Source: Candidatus Roizmanbacteria bacterium
Lineage (GTDB): Bacteria > Patescibacteriota > Microgenomatia > UBA1406
Length of the DNA: 64,000 bases
Assembly: GCA_024654535.1 (NCBI GenBank)
Contig: JANLHL010000016.1
Span: 160,626 to 224,625, forward strand
Direction: 5' to 3'
The position numbers and the translations under genes were made by a program. The notes below the pieces were generated by a model. That model ran no database searches. It was not told the DNA's origin and saw only the letters and a list, made by a program, of their open reading frames with translations. Positions 37,451-47,220 of this stretch are shown here, piece by piece; the first letter of the stretch is position 1; each line of letters begins with the position of its first letter.

Positions 37451-38209
37451 ATGACAATAACAGCCCTCGTTCCAGCACGCAAACAAGATGATACGTATTT
37501 AAAACAGTGTATCGAAAGCTTAAGCTGGTGCGATAGTATCGTAGTGTTGTGGATGGGCGGGGAAAAGCCACTATTTTTACAAAATAAAAAAATAGCTATT
37601 ATTGAAAAAGCGTGGGAAGGAACACCATTTATTCGCGTACAAAAAGCTATAAACTGGGCTATTAAAAACGTTGAATCAGATTGGTTTCTAAGAGTCGATT
37701 CAGATGAAATAGTTACCCCCGAGTTAGCGAATGAAGTACAAAAAATAATACAACAAAACGATACGTTTGATGCATACGGAATTCCTCGAAAGCAATTTTT
37801 TTGGGGAGATTTTCTCAAAGGAGGGGACTGGGCATTTGACCGTTTAGTTCGATTATTCAAAAAGGGGAAAGCTCACTACAGTGAAAAAAATAGTGTTCAC
37901 GAACAGTTCGCTGTGAACGGAAAGACAGGGTATATAAAAAATACACTACTTCATTATTCCCATCCGACACTCGCTGTAGCCGTAGAAAAATTTAATACAT
38001 ACACGAGCCTCGAAATAAAAAATATACATACTTCGGTAGTCAATGCATATGTGCACATGTTTTTTTTGCCACCATATATATTTTTACGATGGCTGCTGTG
38101 GCACCACGGCTACCGCGATGGTATGCGCGGAATCGTAGCCGCGTCGATGCGCGCATGGTACGAGTTTCTATTGTGGTCTAAATATATTGAGTCAAAAAAA
38201 TTAGCGTAA
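37451..38209 (+). CDS. GT2 glycosyltransferase (LPS-core KdtX/WaaE-like subgroup)
   Basis: ITALVPARKQDDTYLKQCIESL and RVDSDEIVTPEL motifs. C-terminal amphipathic/TM tail. Confidence 0.75.
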   Translation: MTITALVPARKQDDTYLKQCIESLSWCDSIVVLWMGGEKPLFLQNKKIAIIEKAWEGTPFIRVQKAINWAIKNVESDWFLRVDSDEIVTPELANEVQKIIQQNDTFDAYGIPRKQFFWGDFLKGGDWAFDRLVRLFKKGKAHYSEKNSVHEQFAVNGKTGYIKNTLLHYSHPTLAVAVEKFNTYTSLEIKNIHTSVVNAYVHMFFLPPYIFLRWLLWHHGYRDGMRGIVAASMRAWYEFLLWSKYIESKKLA

Positions 38210-39634
38210 GAACTGCTGAGCATCAATAGTGTAACTATCTACTCTTGGCGTATCTTTATACCCGTAGAGCACGGTTATTTTTTTTCCAGGAAAATAAAAA
38301 TCCACAAAGTCTTGTCCGTGGAGTGTTGTCTCCAACTTTCTTGACCATCCCCACGCATCGGGTTTTCTATCTGGATCTTTAAAGTAAATACTTGAATGAC
38401 GAGCACTATTTATTTTATGCGTATTCATATAGGATTCCACATTTCGCGATATTGAGCTCTCATACATATAGTTACTCGTTCGCTCATGAACACGCACTCC
38501 AAAAAAATTCCACGTTATATATAGGAGTATCAAGAATAGAGAGGCTATCCGCAATCGACTATTTTGCATGGCCTTCAAAAGAACATACGCTTGTATGAAC
38601 GATACAAAAATAAGCGGCACTGTTAAACGTACCATCCACTTGTGGATAATAAGCACCGTCGGCGAAATAAATAGCAGAAAACTAAACAACAAAAATAACA
38701 ACATTCGTATATTCATTTTTCTAACGAGTGTACGATACTGTGCTATTATCATGCCAATAAATGTTGCACTATACAGAAGTAAACTTCCCATATATATTTT
38801 TGCATCTGTGCTTTCAAAATATGCCCAGACCGCAGGTAGTGGAGGTCTCAAAATACTCGTAAAGTAATCTGGCAAAAAATTTGGTAAACCGACCGACCAT
38901 AGGCTGTACCACATTGTATTATTCACTATCAATCGAGGATTCAGTTGTAACGCATATGTTTCTTCATGTATCACAACACTTGAGCTTCCTGATCTATAGA
39001 GAATAAGAGCTATAACGGAAAGTAAGATATACATTATATATACTTTTTTGCTGTGGTGACCAAATTGAGGTATTTTAAAAAAACTGCCAATGACCAAAAA
39101 AATTGGGAATAATACCGCGCTCTCTTTTGACAAAAGCGCACATACAAAAAATAGAAAACTTACTCTATAACTCTTATTAAGAAATGTATAAAAAGAAATG
39201 ATGAGAAAGGTAAACGCAAATACTTCCTGTGCAGTACCCAGATAATAGAGTTGAAAAACATGGGTGAAATGTAAAGAATACAATAGTATTGCAAGATACG
39301 ATAATGTACTACTACTTGTCATCTTAACTATCGCTTTATACAGAAAATATATTCCTATGAAAAAAAGTATAAAAACAAGAGCGTGTGCAAACAAAATAGA
39401 CTCGTGAAAAATATGTGTGTAAAAATAGAATACCTCTGATGAGAGTGGACGATAAAAAAAAGTCTTTAGAGGGGAAAAAAAATCTATAAAACCTTGCATA
39501 TTCGATATACGAGAAATTCTTAAAAAAAAGAAATCATCTTGAAAATAAAAAGTGTTAAATGCGTGAAAAAAAAATGCAAACACGAGAACGAACAAAAGAG
39601 AAAACTTTGCTCGTATCGATGACAATATTTTCAT
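38201..39634 (-). CDS. Polytopic membrane protein, GT-C-like partner of the upstream polyprenol-P GT2
   Basis: 477 aa with many TM helices and an acidic first loop FYFQDDFFFLRISRI. ATGA-type overlap with the GT2 gene at 39631-39634. Confidence 0.55.
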   Translation of the reverse strand: MKILSSIRAKFSLLFVLVFAFFFHAFNTFYFQDDFFFLRISRISNMQGFIDFFSPLKTFFYRPLSSEVFYFYTHIFHESILFAHALVFILFFIGIYFLYKAIVKMTSSSTLSYLAILLYSLHFTHVFQLYYLGTAQEVFAFTFLIISFYTFLNKSYRVSFLFFVCALLSKESAVLFPIFLVIGSFFKIPQFGHHSKKVYIMYILLSVIALILYRSGSSSVVIHEETYALQLNPRLIVNNTMWYSLWSVGLPNFLPDYFTSILRPPLPAVWAYFESTDAKIYMGSLLLYSATFIGMIIAQYRTLVRKMNIRMLLFLLFSFLLFISPTVLIIHKWMVRLTVPLIFVSFIQAYVLLKAMQNSRLRIASLFLILLYITWNFFGVRVHERTSNYMYESSISRNVESYMNTHKINSARHSSIYFKDPDRKPDAWGWSRKLETTLHGQDFVDFYFPGKKITVLYGYKDTPRVDSYTIDAQQFLR

Positions 39635-40368
39635 GAAGAGAAAGATGTTTTAAGAATTACCCACAAGGCATATAATCCGTCTTTCCAGCCAATTTTCTTT
39701 CCTTCTTCATACGTTCTGCCTTGGTACGATATGCCCACTTCATATATTTTTACTTTTTTTATCTTCGCAATTCTTCCCGTTATTTCTGGCTCAAATCCAA
39801 ATCGTGAGCACGATAGCTTTGGTGCAATTTTGCGTATAAGTGTTCCTTTAAATACTTTATAACCGGTTTCCATATCGGTTAGATTAAGGTTAGTAAACAT
39901 ATTTGAAAACATTGTCAGTGCTACGTTGACTGTATAGTGCCAATAATATAGAACCCTGTGTGGTCTATTTGAAATAAATCGTGACCCAAAAACAACATCT
40001 GCTTGATAATCAAAAAATGGCTCCAAAAGAGTGGGGTAATCGTGTGGGTCATATTCAAGATCCGCGTCTTGCACAAGCACAATGTCTCCCGTGGTCTTTA
40101 GAATACCTGTTCGCAATGCCATACTTTTTCCCATATTCTTTGCATGCTCCACTATGATTATGCTTACAGTAGGGTATTTTTTCAGAAAAAGTTTAGGTAC
40201 TTTTCGAATGACATTAACAGTTCCATCGGTCGAACCATCATCAATCACTACTATTTCTTTCAACATTCCTTTACTATCGGCCTGAACAACCCTTATGAGA
40301 GTTTCCAAAATATAATCATGTTCGTTATATACTGGGATAACTATTGATAGTATTCTCTGTTTGAGCAT
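39631..40368 (-). CDS. GT2 polyprenol-phosphate glycosyltransferase (DPM1/GtrB/ArnC-like)
   Basis: LSIVIPVYNEHDYILETL, VIDDGSTDGT, QDADLEYDP and FGSRF motifs. Confidence 0.85.
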   Translation of the reverse strand: MLKQRILSIVIPVYNEHDYILETLIRVVQADSKGMLKEIVVIDDGSTDGTVNVIRKVPKLFLKKYPTVSIIIVEHAKNMGKSMALRTGILKTTGDIVLVQDADLEYDPHDYPTLLEPFFDYQADVVFGSRFISNRPHRVLYYWHYTVNVALTMFSNMFTNLNLTDMETGYKVFKGTLIRKIAPKLSCSRFGFEPEITGRIAKIKKVKIYEVGISYQGRTYEEGKKIGWKDGLYALWVILKTSFSS

Positions 40369-40374
40369 AGCAAA

Positions 40375-40409
40375 ATTTTAGCACACAAATACGACTTATG
40401 TGCTAGGAT
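40375..40409. promoter_or_regulatory. Back-to-back divergent extended -10 promoters in a 47-bp intergenic region
   Basis: Minus strand: TGcTAAAAT (rc 40375-40383), 6 nt before ATG 40368. Plus strand: TGcTAGGAT (40401-40409), 6 nt before ATG 40416. Confidence 0.5.
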
Positions 40410-40415
40410 TGCTAT

Positions 40416-41888
40416 ATGATAAAAAGTGCCGCAATTACTCGGCTATTTCTATTTACCCTTCTTACCGGGTTTTTACTTCGTATACTTTGGCTGTCTCATT
40501 TTCCTGTGTTTACCGATGAGGCTATATATGCACACTGGGCTCAAGGTCTTGTCAATGGAACACTCTCGCCATTTATTTCAATATCCGACGGTAAAACACC
40601 ACTTTTTATTTGGGCAATAGCAGCAGTCGTTAAACTTGGCATTCCATACACGTTAGCAGGAAGAATACTATCGGCATGTGGATTCATTGGGACTGCACTC
40701 TTTATATATTTGCTATCAAAAAAAACTATGAAGGGTTTTTGGATTGTAGTTCCAACATTTCTCTATGCACTGTCACCCTTCACTCTTTTTTTTGAACGAA
40801 TGGGCCTCATGGATTCGTTGCTTACTTTTTTTTCTACTGGCTTTCTGTATTTCACCTATCTGTTTTTAACCAAGAAAAATTCAATGTATAGAGTGCTTTT
40901 AGCGAGCTTATTTCTATCTCTTGCATTTATGACAAAACCTTCAGCTCTGCTTTTTGTCTATACCAGCACACTTATTCCGCTTCTATATATTTTTATAGAC
41001 AAGAAGAAAGCTTTGTATTCGTTATTACTCGTAATACCAACATTGTTTATTTTGTTTTTACTATCTCGTTCAAGCGGATTCAGTGCTTACAGCTTTAAGA
41101 ATATGGAGTTTACATACCCTCTGACAACAGACTGGCAGATACTCTTGAACAACCTCATTATGAATATCAAAACTTTAGCCCCTGCATTCGCACTCTATTT
41201 TTTACCAGTTCTTATTCTCTTTCCATTTGCTCTCTATTATCTAACAACTGAGAAACAGTATGAATTGCTCCTACAGATTCTTCTCTATATGCTCATTCCT
41301 GTTGGTATCGTCATGGTGTTTGGTCGTATAGTTTTTTCTCGCTATTTTCTTTCATTCGTTCCGTTAATCTTTTTTGCTCAAGGATACACACTTATGCATA
41401 TATCCAACGCAAAAAACAGTTTGGTTAAAAGGGGACTACTCGGTATTAGCCTATTTGGAACACTACTATACTTTGCCTATGGATCGAGTATGACTTTGAC
41501 AGACCCTTCTCATGCATTCTTATCCAAACAAGATCGATGGCAATACATAACCAGTACTGCGTCTGGTTTCGGGATGACAGAATCGATAGATTTTATTAAA
41601 AAAATGCAGACAGAAGCAACAATAGTCACTACTCAAGATTTTGGTAACTTACCATATATTTTTGATTTTGCATTTGAGCATGAACCCAAAATAACCATAA
41701 AAGGAACATGGACCCAAAACCCAAAAACAATACAATCTGAAATGAGCAATATAGATACCCCGTTATACGTTGTCTATAATCTACCTTTAAAAGATATGCC
41801 CAAATCTTCAACAACATTAAAACAGCTATTCGCATATACTCGGCCAGGAAATATAAGCGGGATACGTATATTTGAGCTTATTCGTTAG
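40416..41888 (+). CDS. GT-C membrane glycosyltransferase (ArnT/PMT, GT39/83-like)
   Basis: Polytopic. First loop FPVFTDEAIYAHWAQGL (DE). Confidence 0.75.
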   Translation: MIKSAAITRLFLFTLLTGFLLRILWLSHFPVFTDEAIYAHWAQGLVNGTLSPFISISDGKTPLFIWAIAAVVKLGIPYTLAGRILSACGFIGTALFIYLLSKKTMKGFWIVVPTFLYALSPFTLFFERMGLMDSLLTFFSTGFLYFTYLFLTKKNSMYRVLLASLFLSLAFMTKPSALLFVYTSTLIPLLYIFIDKKKALYSLLLVIPTLFILFLLSRSSGFSAYSFKNMEFTYPLTTDWQILLNNLIMNIKTLAPAFALYFLPVLILFPFALYYLTTEKQYELLLQILLYMLIPVGIVMVFGRIVFSRYFLSFVPLIFFAQGYTLMHISNAKNSLVKRGLLGISLFGTLLYFAYGSSMTLTDPSHAFLSKQDRWQYITSTASGFGMTESIDFIKKMQTEATIVTTQDFGNLPYIFDFAFEHEPKITIKGTWTQNPKTIQSEMSNIDTPLYVVYNLPLKDMPKSSTTLKQLFAYTRPGNISGIRIFELIR

Positions 41889-43489
41889 GGTGTAGCAACT
41901 CTATACACGGTTACATCTCTATTGCTAAATACAGAGTGCAAAAATGAATAGTGCGGTAATGTCCCGAGCTTTTTTTCATCCGATCCATAGACAACATACT
42001 CTATGTTATTGTTCTTCAAAAATTCAAATGCCTTAGCCTTTGTTTCACTACCAGAATAAAACGAACTAACGAGTATAAACTTTTCATAAAATTGAGGCGT
42101 CTGAATTATGTGACCAAAATATACTTTTGAACCAGTAAATGGAGGTATATGGCTTGACGTTACATAGGCAGCTAACACATTCGCAGGAGTTTTTTTTGAA
42201 AGAAAAGCGTACATATCACGCGTTGTATTTGGCTGATAATACCAAACATTCTCCTCCGGAATTTCATCAACCCTACGCTGGTATACAGACAGCGTCGACA
42301 GTGGAACTAAAAACAACAAGAATATGGTGACAATAGTTCTCGACATTCCCCATGTCTTTTTTTGCGAATATATAAAAATAAGGACACTTACAACAATCGG
42401 GAAGAAAAGTCCTCGTAAAAAAAATCTATTAATACCTAATGGTGCGAAGTTCAAAGCAATACTCGTGAGTACCCATAGATTGAGAAAAATATACCTACTA
42501 TCTCGTAAAGCCTTTTTACTGAAAAGCTGGAGGATATACAAAACTCCAAGAATGCCATATCCGAATATAATATGAACTATGGTTACTTGACTCAACTGTT
42601 GTGTGGCAACAGACGCAAAGCCTGCATTTTTTAGCGACAGATAATAATAAATATCAACAACTCCCAATATTGCATAGCCAAATAAAAACAAAGCGACAGA
42701 TATTTTATCTTTTTTCTGCAATAATATAAATATAAACCCAATAATGCCTATGCTCAGTAGGTAGTACGGATAGAAAATCATAAGAAAAAAAGATGATAAT
42801 GCAAATAGAAATATACGTTTTCTGTTTGTTGTAAGCGACACAAACAGAGACACGAGCGAAGTAAGATATAGCATAGTGCCAATAGCCTCATGACCCCTTT
42901 GGATAGAACTATGAAAAGTAAAACTGGTTACAAACATATCGGCGGATCCAAATGCACCAGAAACTATCCAACCCATTCCTCCACCAAATAGTATGAGAAA
43001 AAAAGCGAGCAAACGTACCTTATACGATTGAATAAAATAACCAATCAGCCAGTATATTGCCATACACAGAAAAAAACCAGCTACAGTACTGACCACATGG
43101 AACAGTACGAATGGATCGACATGGGGAAAACTATACCCGACAAATGTATAAATTGGGTAGAGCAAAGCTCCTCTCGTAGCATCGACTGTATAAAAATTCT
43201 GCAACAATAAATGTCCCTGTTGCCCTGAGCGTATTGCCGTTACATAGACATTAATATCCCATGGATCAAAATACGCAGCCTTACCCATATACATAAATCC
43301 GGGGGGGGTTTTTAAATATGCTAAATAATCAGGAAAGTGTACATCGAACAACATAAAAAAGGCTATGAATAATGCAATGAATAAAGCGACGTAGCGCTTA
43401 TGTTTTACGATTCCCAACCATGCGGATGATCTTTGTACCATAGGGTTAATGAATGAATACTTTGTTGAAGAGATCGTTTCGGACTCCAA
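41885..43489 (-). CDS. Polytopic membrane protein (GT-C-like, unassigned)
   Basis: 534-aa ORF with more than 10 hydrophobic helices and a C-terminal soluble domain. The track start overlaps the galE 3' end by 85 nt. Alternative ATG 43441 (MVQRSS...) overlaps it by 37 nt. Confidence 0.5.
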   Translation of the reverse strand: MESETISSTKYSFINPMVQRSSAWLGIVKHKRYVALFIALFIAFFMLFDVHFPDYLAYLKTPPGFMYMGKAAYFDPWDINVYVTAIRSGQQGHLLLQNFYTVDATRGALLYPIYTFVGYSFPHVDPFVLFHVVSTVAGFFLCMAIYWLIGYFIQSYKVRLLAFFLILFGGGMGWIVSGAFGSADMFVTSFTFHSSIQRGHEAIGTMLYLTSLVSLFVSLTTNRKRIFLFALSSFFLMIFYPYYLLSIGIIGFIFILLQKKDKISVALFLFGYAILGVVDIYYYLSLKNAGFASVATQQLSQVTIVHIIFGYGILGVLYILQLFSKKALRDSRYIFLNLWVLTSIALNFAPLGINRFFLRGLFFPIVVSVLIFIYSQKKTWGMSRTIVTIFLLFLVPLSTLSVYQRRVDEIPEENVWYYQPNTTRDMYAFLSKKTPANVLAAYVTSSHIPPFTGSKVYFGHIIQTPQFYEKFILVSSFYSGSETKAKAFEFLKNNNIEYVVYGSDEKKLGTLPHYSFLHSVFSNRDVTVYRVATP

Positions 43490-44412
43490 TTAAGAACCGT
43501 ATGAGCTCGTGTTATATCCGCAACCATTTTGGCGTATTCACCTTCACGTGCAGTTGTTTTTTTTAGATCGAAATGAACATTTGTCTCCTTTTGTACAGCA
43601 TTGACTATTTCAAGTACTGAGTTTCCCGTGCCCGTACCAAGATTAATTGTTACCGGCTTTCCATCGTGCATCAAATATTCAAGAGCTTGTATGTGTGCCT
43701 CGTTGAGATCAACGACATTTATATAATCACGGATAGGTGTTTTGTCTATCGTATCTACTGTAGGACATGTTAAATAAAATGGCTCTATTCCCAGTGCACC
43801 ACGGACTGCATTTTGCACCAGTAAGACTGATGGTTTTTTTGAATCACCAATGACTCCATCGTCACTCGCGCCACACACATTAAAATAACGCAAAACAACA
43901 TAAGTCAATCCTTTTGTTTGTGCATACCAATCAAGAATTTTTTCAACCATTTTTTTCGACTCTCCATAGGGGTTGGTTGGATTCGTTGGATGCATTTCAT
44001 TTATCGGCAATTTCTGAGCCTCGCCATAAACAGCACAGGTCGACGAAAAAACAATTTTGCGTATATTGTGCTTGTTCAACTGCTCGATAAAGTTGAGCGA
44101 TCCATAAGTATTGTTGTAAAAATACTTATGGGGATTTTTCATAGATTCATCGACCAAACACGATGCAGCATAATGAATGACTACATCTATTCCGCTCTCA
44201 CGTCTTAATATTGAAGATAAATCGTCGTGCAAATCTGCCTCATAGTATGAAAGTTTGCTTTTCCCAAATTTCTTCTGCATGAATTCAAGAGGAGCTTTAT
44301 ACCCTGTTGTGAAATTATCCACTCCAACCACCCTATATCCCTTTTCAAGAAGTAAATAGGTAGCCACAGATCCAATATATCCACCGGCCCCAGTAACAAG
44401 AATTGTGCTCAT
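43405..44412 (-). CDS. galE: UDP-glucose 4-epimerase
   Basis: ILVTGAGGYIGSV, catalytic YGESK and the overall GalE layout (NVCGA, PIRDYI-V-DL). TGcTATACT (rc 44419-44427) 6 nt before ATG. Confidence 0.88.
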   Translation of the reverse strand: MSTILVTGAGGYIGSVATYLLLEKGYRVVGVDNFTTGYKAPLEFMQKKFGKSKLSYYEADLHDDLSSILRRESGIDVVIHYAASCLVDESMKNPHKYFYNNTYGSLNFIEQLNKHNIRKIVFSSTCAVYGEAQKLPINEMHPTNPTNPYGESKKMVEKILDWYAQTKGLTYVVLRYFNVCGASDDGVIGDSKKPSVLLVQNAVRGALGIEPFYLTCPTVDTIDKTPIRDYINVVDLNEAHIQALEYLMHDGKPVTINLGTGTGNSVLEIVNAVQKETNVHFDLKKTTAREGEYAKMVADITRAHTVLNWSPKRSLQQSIHSLTLWYKDHPHGWES

Positions 44413-44436
44413 TTTACTAGTATAGCATGTAAGAAA

Positions 44437-44726
44437 ATCAAATATCCAATATCAAATGTCAAACCCGCCTGCCCGCTTCGACGCGCCTACGTCGACGCAG
44501 GCGCGAGGCGAGCCGGCGAGGCAGGTAAAGCTCCAAATCCCAACGCCAAAAACGATCGTCATTACGAGGTGGTAATTTAGTTTGTCGTTGCAAGGAGCGA
44601 AGTGACGAAGCAATCTTGTCAAAAGACAGGGGATTGCTTCGCTACGCTCGCAATGACAGGGTTATTGGACATTGGAGCTTTGTCATTTATTGGGTATTTG
44701 AACTTGGATATTGGATATTGGTTATT
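44437..44726. repeat. Composite palindromic element B (homologue of element A)
   Basis: Same order of parts as 37119-37398. The GC hairpin (44464-44525) is about 20 nt longer and contains the near-perfect palindrome gcgcctacgtcgacgcaggcgc (44483-44504). Core stem tcgtcattacgag / ctcgcaatgaca, with gaagcaatc / gattgcttc (9 bp). Forward words at 44660-44726. Confidence 0.9.
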
Positions 44727-44753
44727 CTCAGCTGCGTTCTTACCGCGGTGGAG

Positions 44754-47192
44754 TTATATTAACGAATTTTGCAGATGGTAGTAGGCAGGTTTGTTCTTAT
44801 ACCGTTTTACTGTCAGACGAATTATTTCCTCCAAAAAGTCTCCATAGTTAAATCCCTCTATTTCAGCTACCTTAGGAATACAATCCATCGTATTTATTGA
44901 TGGGTTCGGATTCAATTCAAGCACATATGGATTCCCAGCACTGTCAACCCTCACTTCCACTCTACCGTAATCATGACAATTGAGTATATTGTACGTATCC
45001 AAAGCTATTTCTGAAATCACTGTTAGCAACTTTTGGCTGACACTCTTGGGCGGTCTCTGGATAATTATTTTGCTATATTCAGATGCTGCTCTATTCCATT
45101 TTGCATCATATGCAAACACATGCCACATACCTTCTGGCATCTTAGTAAAAATAGAACGGGACAACGGCAACACACGCAAATCATCATCCTGACTTCCGAT
45201 TATAGATACGTCATATTCGTCTCCTTCTATATATTCCTCTACCAAAGCAGGATTATGTAAACCGTTGATAACACGATCCATTTGCTCAAGAAGATCTTTT
45301 TTATTCGTTACAACAGAGTCATTGGTAATCCCAATAGAATTGTCAGAGTTTGCCGGTTTCACAATTAACGGATAACGTAAGTCTTCATTGATCTCATCAT
45401 CAAGTGTATAAGCGTAATCCCAACGAGGTGTAGGAATATTGTGGAAATTCAAAAGTTTTTTCACCTTAATTTTATCGATACAGAGCGCAAGCGTGAGTGG
45501 ATTAGAACCGGTATAGGGAACACGCATAATATCAAATATCGATGCTGCATGAGGCTCAAGTAGGCTTGAGTTATTTATTCTCTCGCAAACATTAAATACC
45601 AAATCTATATCAGATCGCATGAGATGAGAAAGAGTAGGGGAGAGCTTATTAAAATCTAAAAACTCTGTTACATAACCCCTACTTTGAAGTGCGTGCTCTA
45701 TATTCTTGCCAACGTTCATAAGATCTTTCTCAACAGCATTATTCGACTCCTTTTCACTTTCATACACGTTGCAGGCAATGCCTATTTTGAGTTTTCGTAT
45801 GTTGGCTACATCTAAACGCCTTAGGCGCTCAATTTTCTCACTACCTTGATGCTTCCCGAGTATTAACGCAGAAGAAAACTTATTTTTACGCTGCGTTTTT
45901 CCAAGTGTAGAAGTTGCTTTAAAAGGTGTCACCTCAATATCTATTACTTTCTCCACCTCTTCAATGGCTCGGTCAGCATCGGCATAAGTATCACCCTTTA
46001 CCAAAACCCACCCTATGTAATCGTAACCATCGGGAGGGATGAGTATTTTATCACCGACCTGCTTTGAAACGAGAAAATCGACTACAGATGGATTGCTTTT
46101 TAGGCCTTCGAATCCACGCAGTTTAGTGATTACCCCCGAATCATCTGGAATAAAGAATTTCCCAACAATACACGAGTCGGTTTTTTTTACTGTATTATGT
46201 ACGTGAACACCAAGAGCTATGTAGCACGCCGCTTGAATCAAATCAAAATCATGCACTTCTTTCACAGCTCTAAAGGTATAATCACCTCCCATACGAGAGG
46301 CAATTTCTATTATTTTTACTCCTTCTTCTGTAAGTTTTAGTTCTGCATGCGCCAAACTATTTCGGACTCCGAGTACGATGAGTGCGGACTCAACAGCATC
46401 TTCTATAGAGTCAATGTCTTCTTCATCTATGCGTGGTGGTAAATAGTCACCCGTCTCCATAAAGAAGGGAAGGCTCATAGCTGTTTTTTCATGAATACCA
46501 ACCACATGAGGTATGCCATGCTGGATGTAACATTCAGCACTAAACTCCGGACCATCTATATAGCTTTGATACACAAACTTTCCCTCGTTATAAATATAAA
46601 TAGGATCAAATTCTGGCGTACAGTTTTTTCTTATGTATGCGTACGCATTTTTGGCTTCATCAACATTGTTAACCCGAACAACAAATTGACTGAGCGATCC
46701 CCCGACCGGTTTAATTATTGCTGGGAATCCTATCTTATCTATTGCTACGGTAAGATCTTCTTCATTTGTGAGGAGATGCTCTCTGATGGCTGGTAATCCT
46801 GCACTATTCATAACCTCTTGCATAAGATACTTACTGCGGGTATTTCTCGCTGCTTCGAGTGAATTTCCAGTAAAACCAAACTTCGCACACACTTTAGCCA
46901 GAAGCTCGATACTATCTTCCCAAAAAGTTAGCGCGCCATCTATATGAACACTCGGATTTTCCGCTATAAAAGTTTCGATAGCAGAAAGTACATTAGCATG
47001 TCTATACGTATCTGCAATAATCCAATGATCTACATAGTAATTAGCCCAGTTTTTAACCTCATTGACAACGACGATTTTCAATCCAAGCTTCTTAATACGT
47101 TGATAAACAAAGCGTTTTTGAATGTACCCAGTATTGAGTATGAGGATTGTTTTCCCTCTAAGAGGATTTTTTATCATTGTATTTGTATGCAT
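44754..47192 (-). CDS. Fusion of two ATP-grasp ligase modules (N-terminal L-amino-acid-ligase-like + C-terminal D-Ala-D-Ala-ligase-like)
   Basis: N-terminal half: FPAIIKPVGGSLSQFV, EFSAECYI, HAELKLTEEGVKIIEIASRMGGD. C-terminal half: DLVFNVCERI, LCIDKIKVKKLLNFHNIPTPRW, YPLIVKPANSDNSIGI, EEYIEGDEYDVSIIG, GRVEVRVDSAGNPYVLELNPNPS. Confidence 0.7.
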   Translation of the reverse strand: MHTNTMIKNPLRGKTILILNTGYIQKRFVYQRIKKLGLKIVVVNEVKNWANYYVDHWIIADTYRHANVLSAIETFIAENPSVHIDGALTFWEDSIELLAKVCAKFGFTGNSLEAARNTRSKYLMQEVMNSAGLPAIREHLLTNEEDLTVAIDKIGFPAIIKPVGGSLSQFVVRVNNVDEAKNAYAYIRKNCTPEFDPIYIYNEGKFVYQSYIDGPEFSAECYIQHGIPHVVGIHEKTAMSLPFFMETGDYLPPRIDEEDIDSIEDAVESALIVLGVRNSLAHAELKLTEEGVKIIEIASRMGGDYTFRAVKEVHDFDLIQAACYIALGVHVHNTVKKTDSCIVGKFFIPDDSGVITKLRGFEGLKSNPSVVDFLVSKQVGDKILIPPDGYDYIGWVLVKGDTYADADRAIEEVEKVIDIEVTPFKATSTLGKTQRKNKFSSALILGKHQGSEKIERLRRLDVANIRKLKIGIACNVYESEKESNNAVEKDLMNVGKNIEHALQSRGYVTEFLDFNKLSPTLSHLMRSDIDLVFNVCERINNSSLLEPHAASIFDIMRVPYTGSNPLTLALCIDKIKVKKLLNFHNIPTPRWDYAYTLDDEINEDLRYPLIVKPANSDNSIGITNDSVVTNKKDLLEQMDRVINGLHNPALVEEYIEGDEYDVSIIGSQDDDLRVLPLSRSIFTKMPEGMWHVFAYDAKWNRAASEYSKIIIQRPPKSVSQKLLTVISEIALDTYNILNCHDYGRVEVRVDSAGNPYVLELNPNPSINTMDCIPKVAEIEGFNYGDFLEEIIRLTVKRYKNKPAYYHLQNSLI

Positions 47193-47220
47193 TGCAATTA
47201 TAGGGTTGTTGCAGAAAAAG

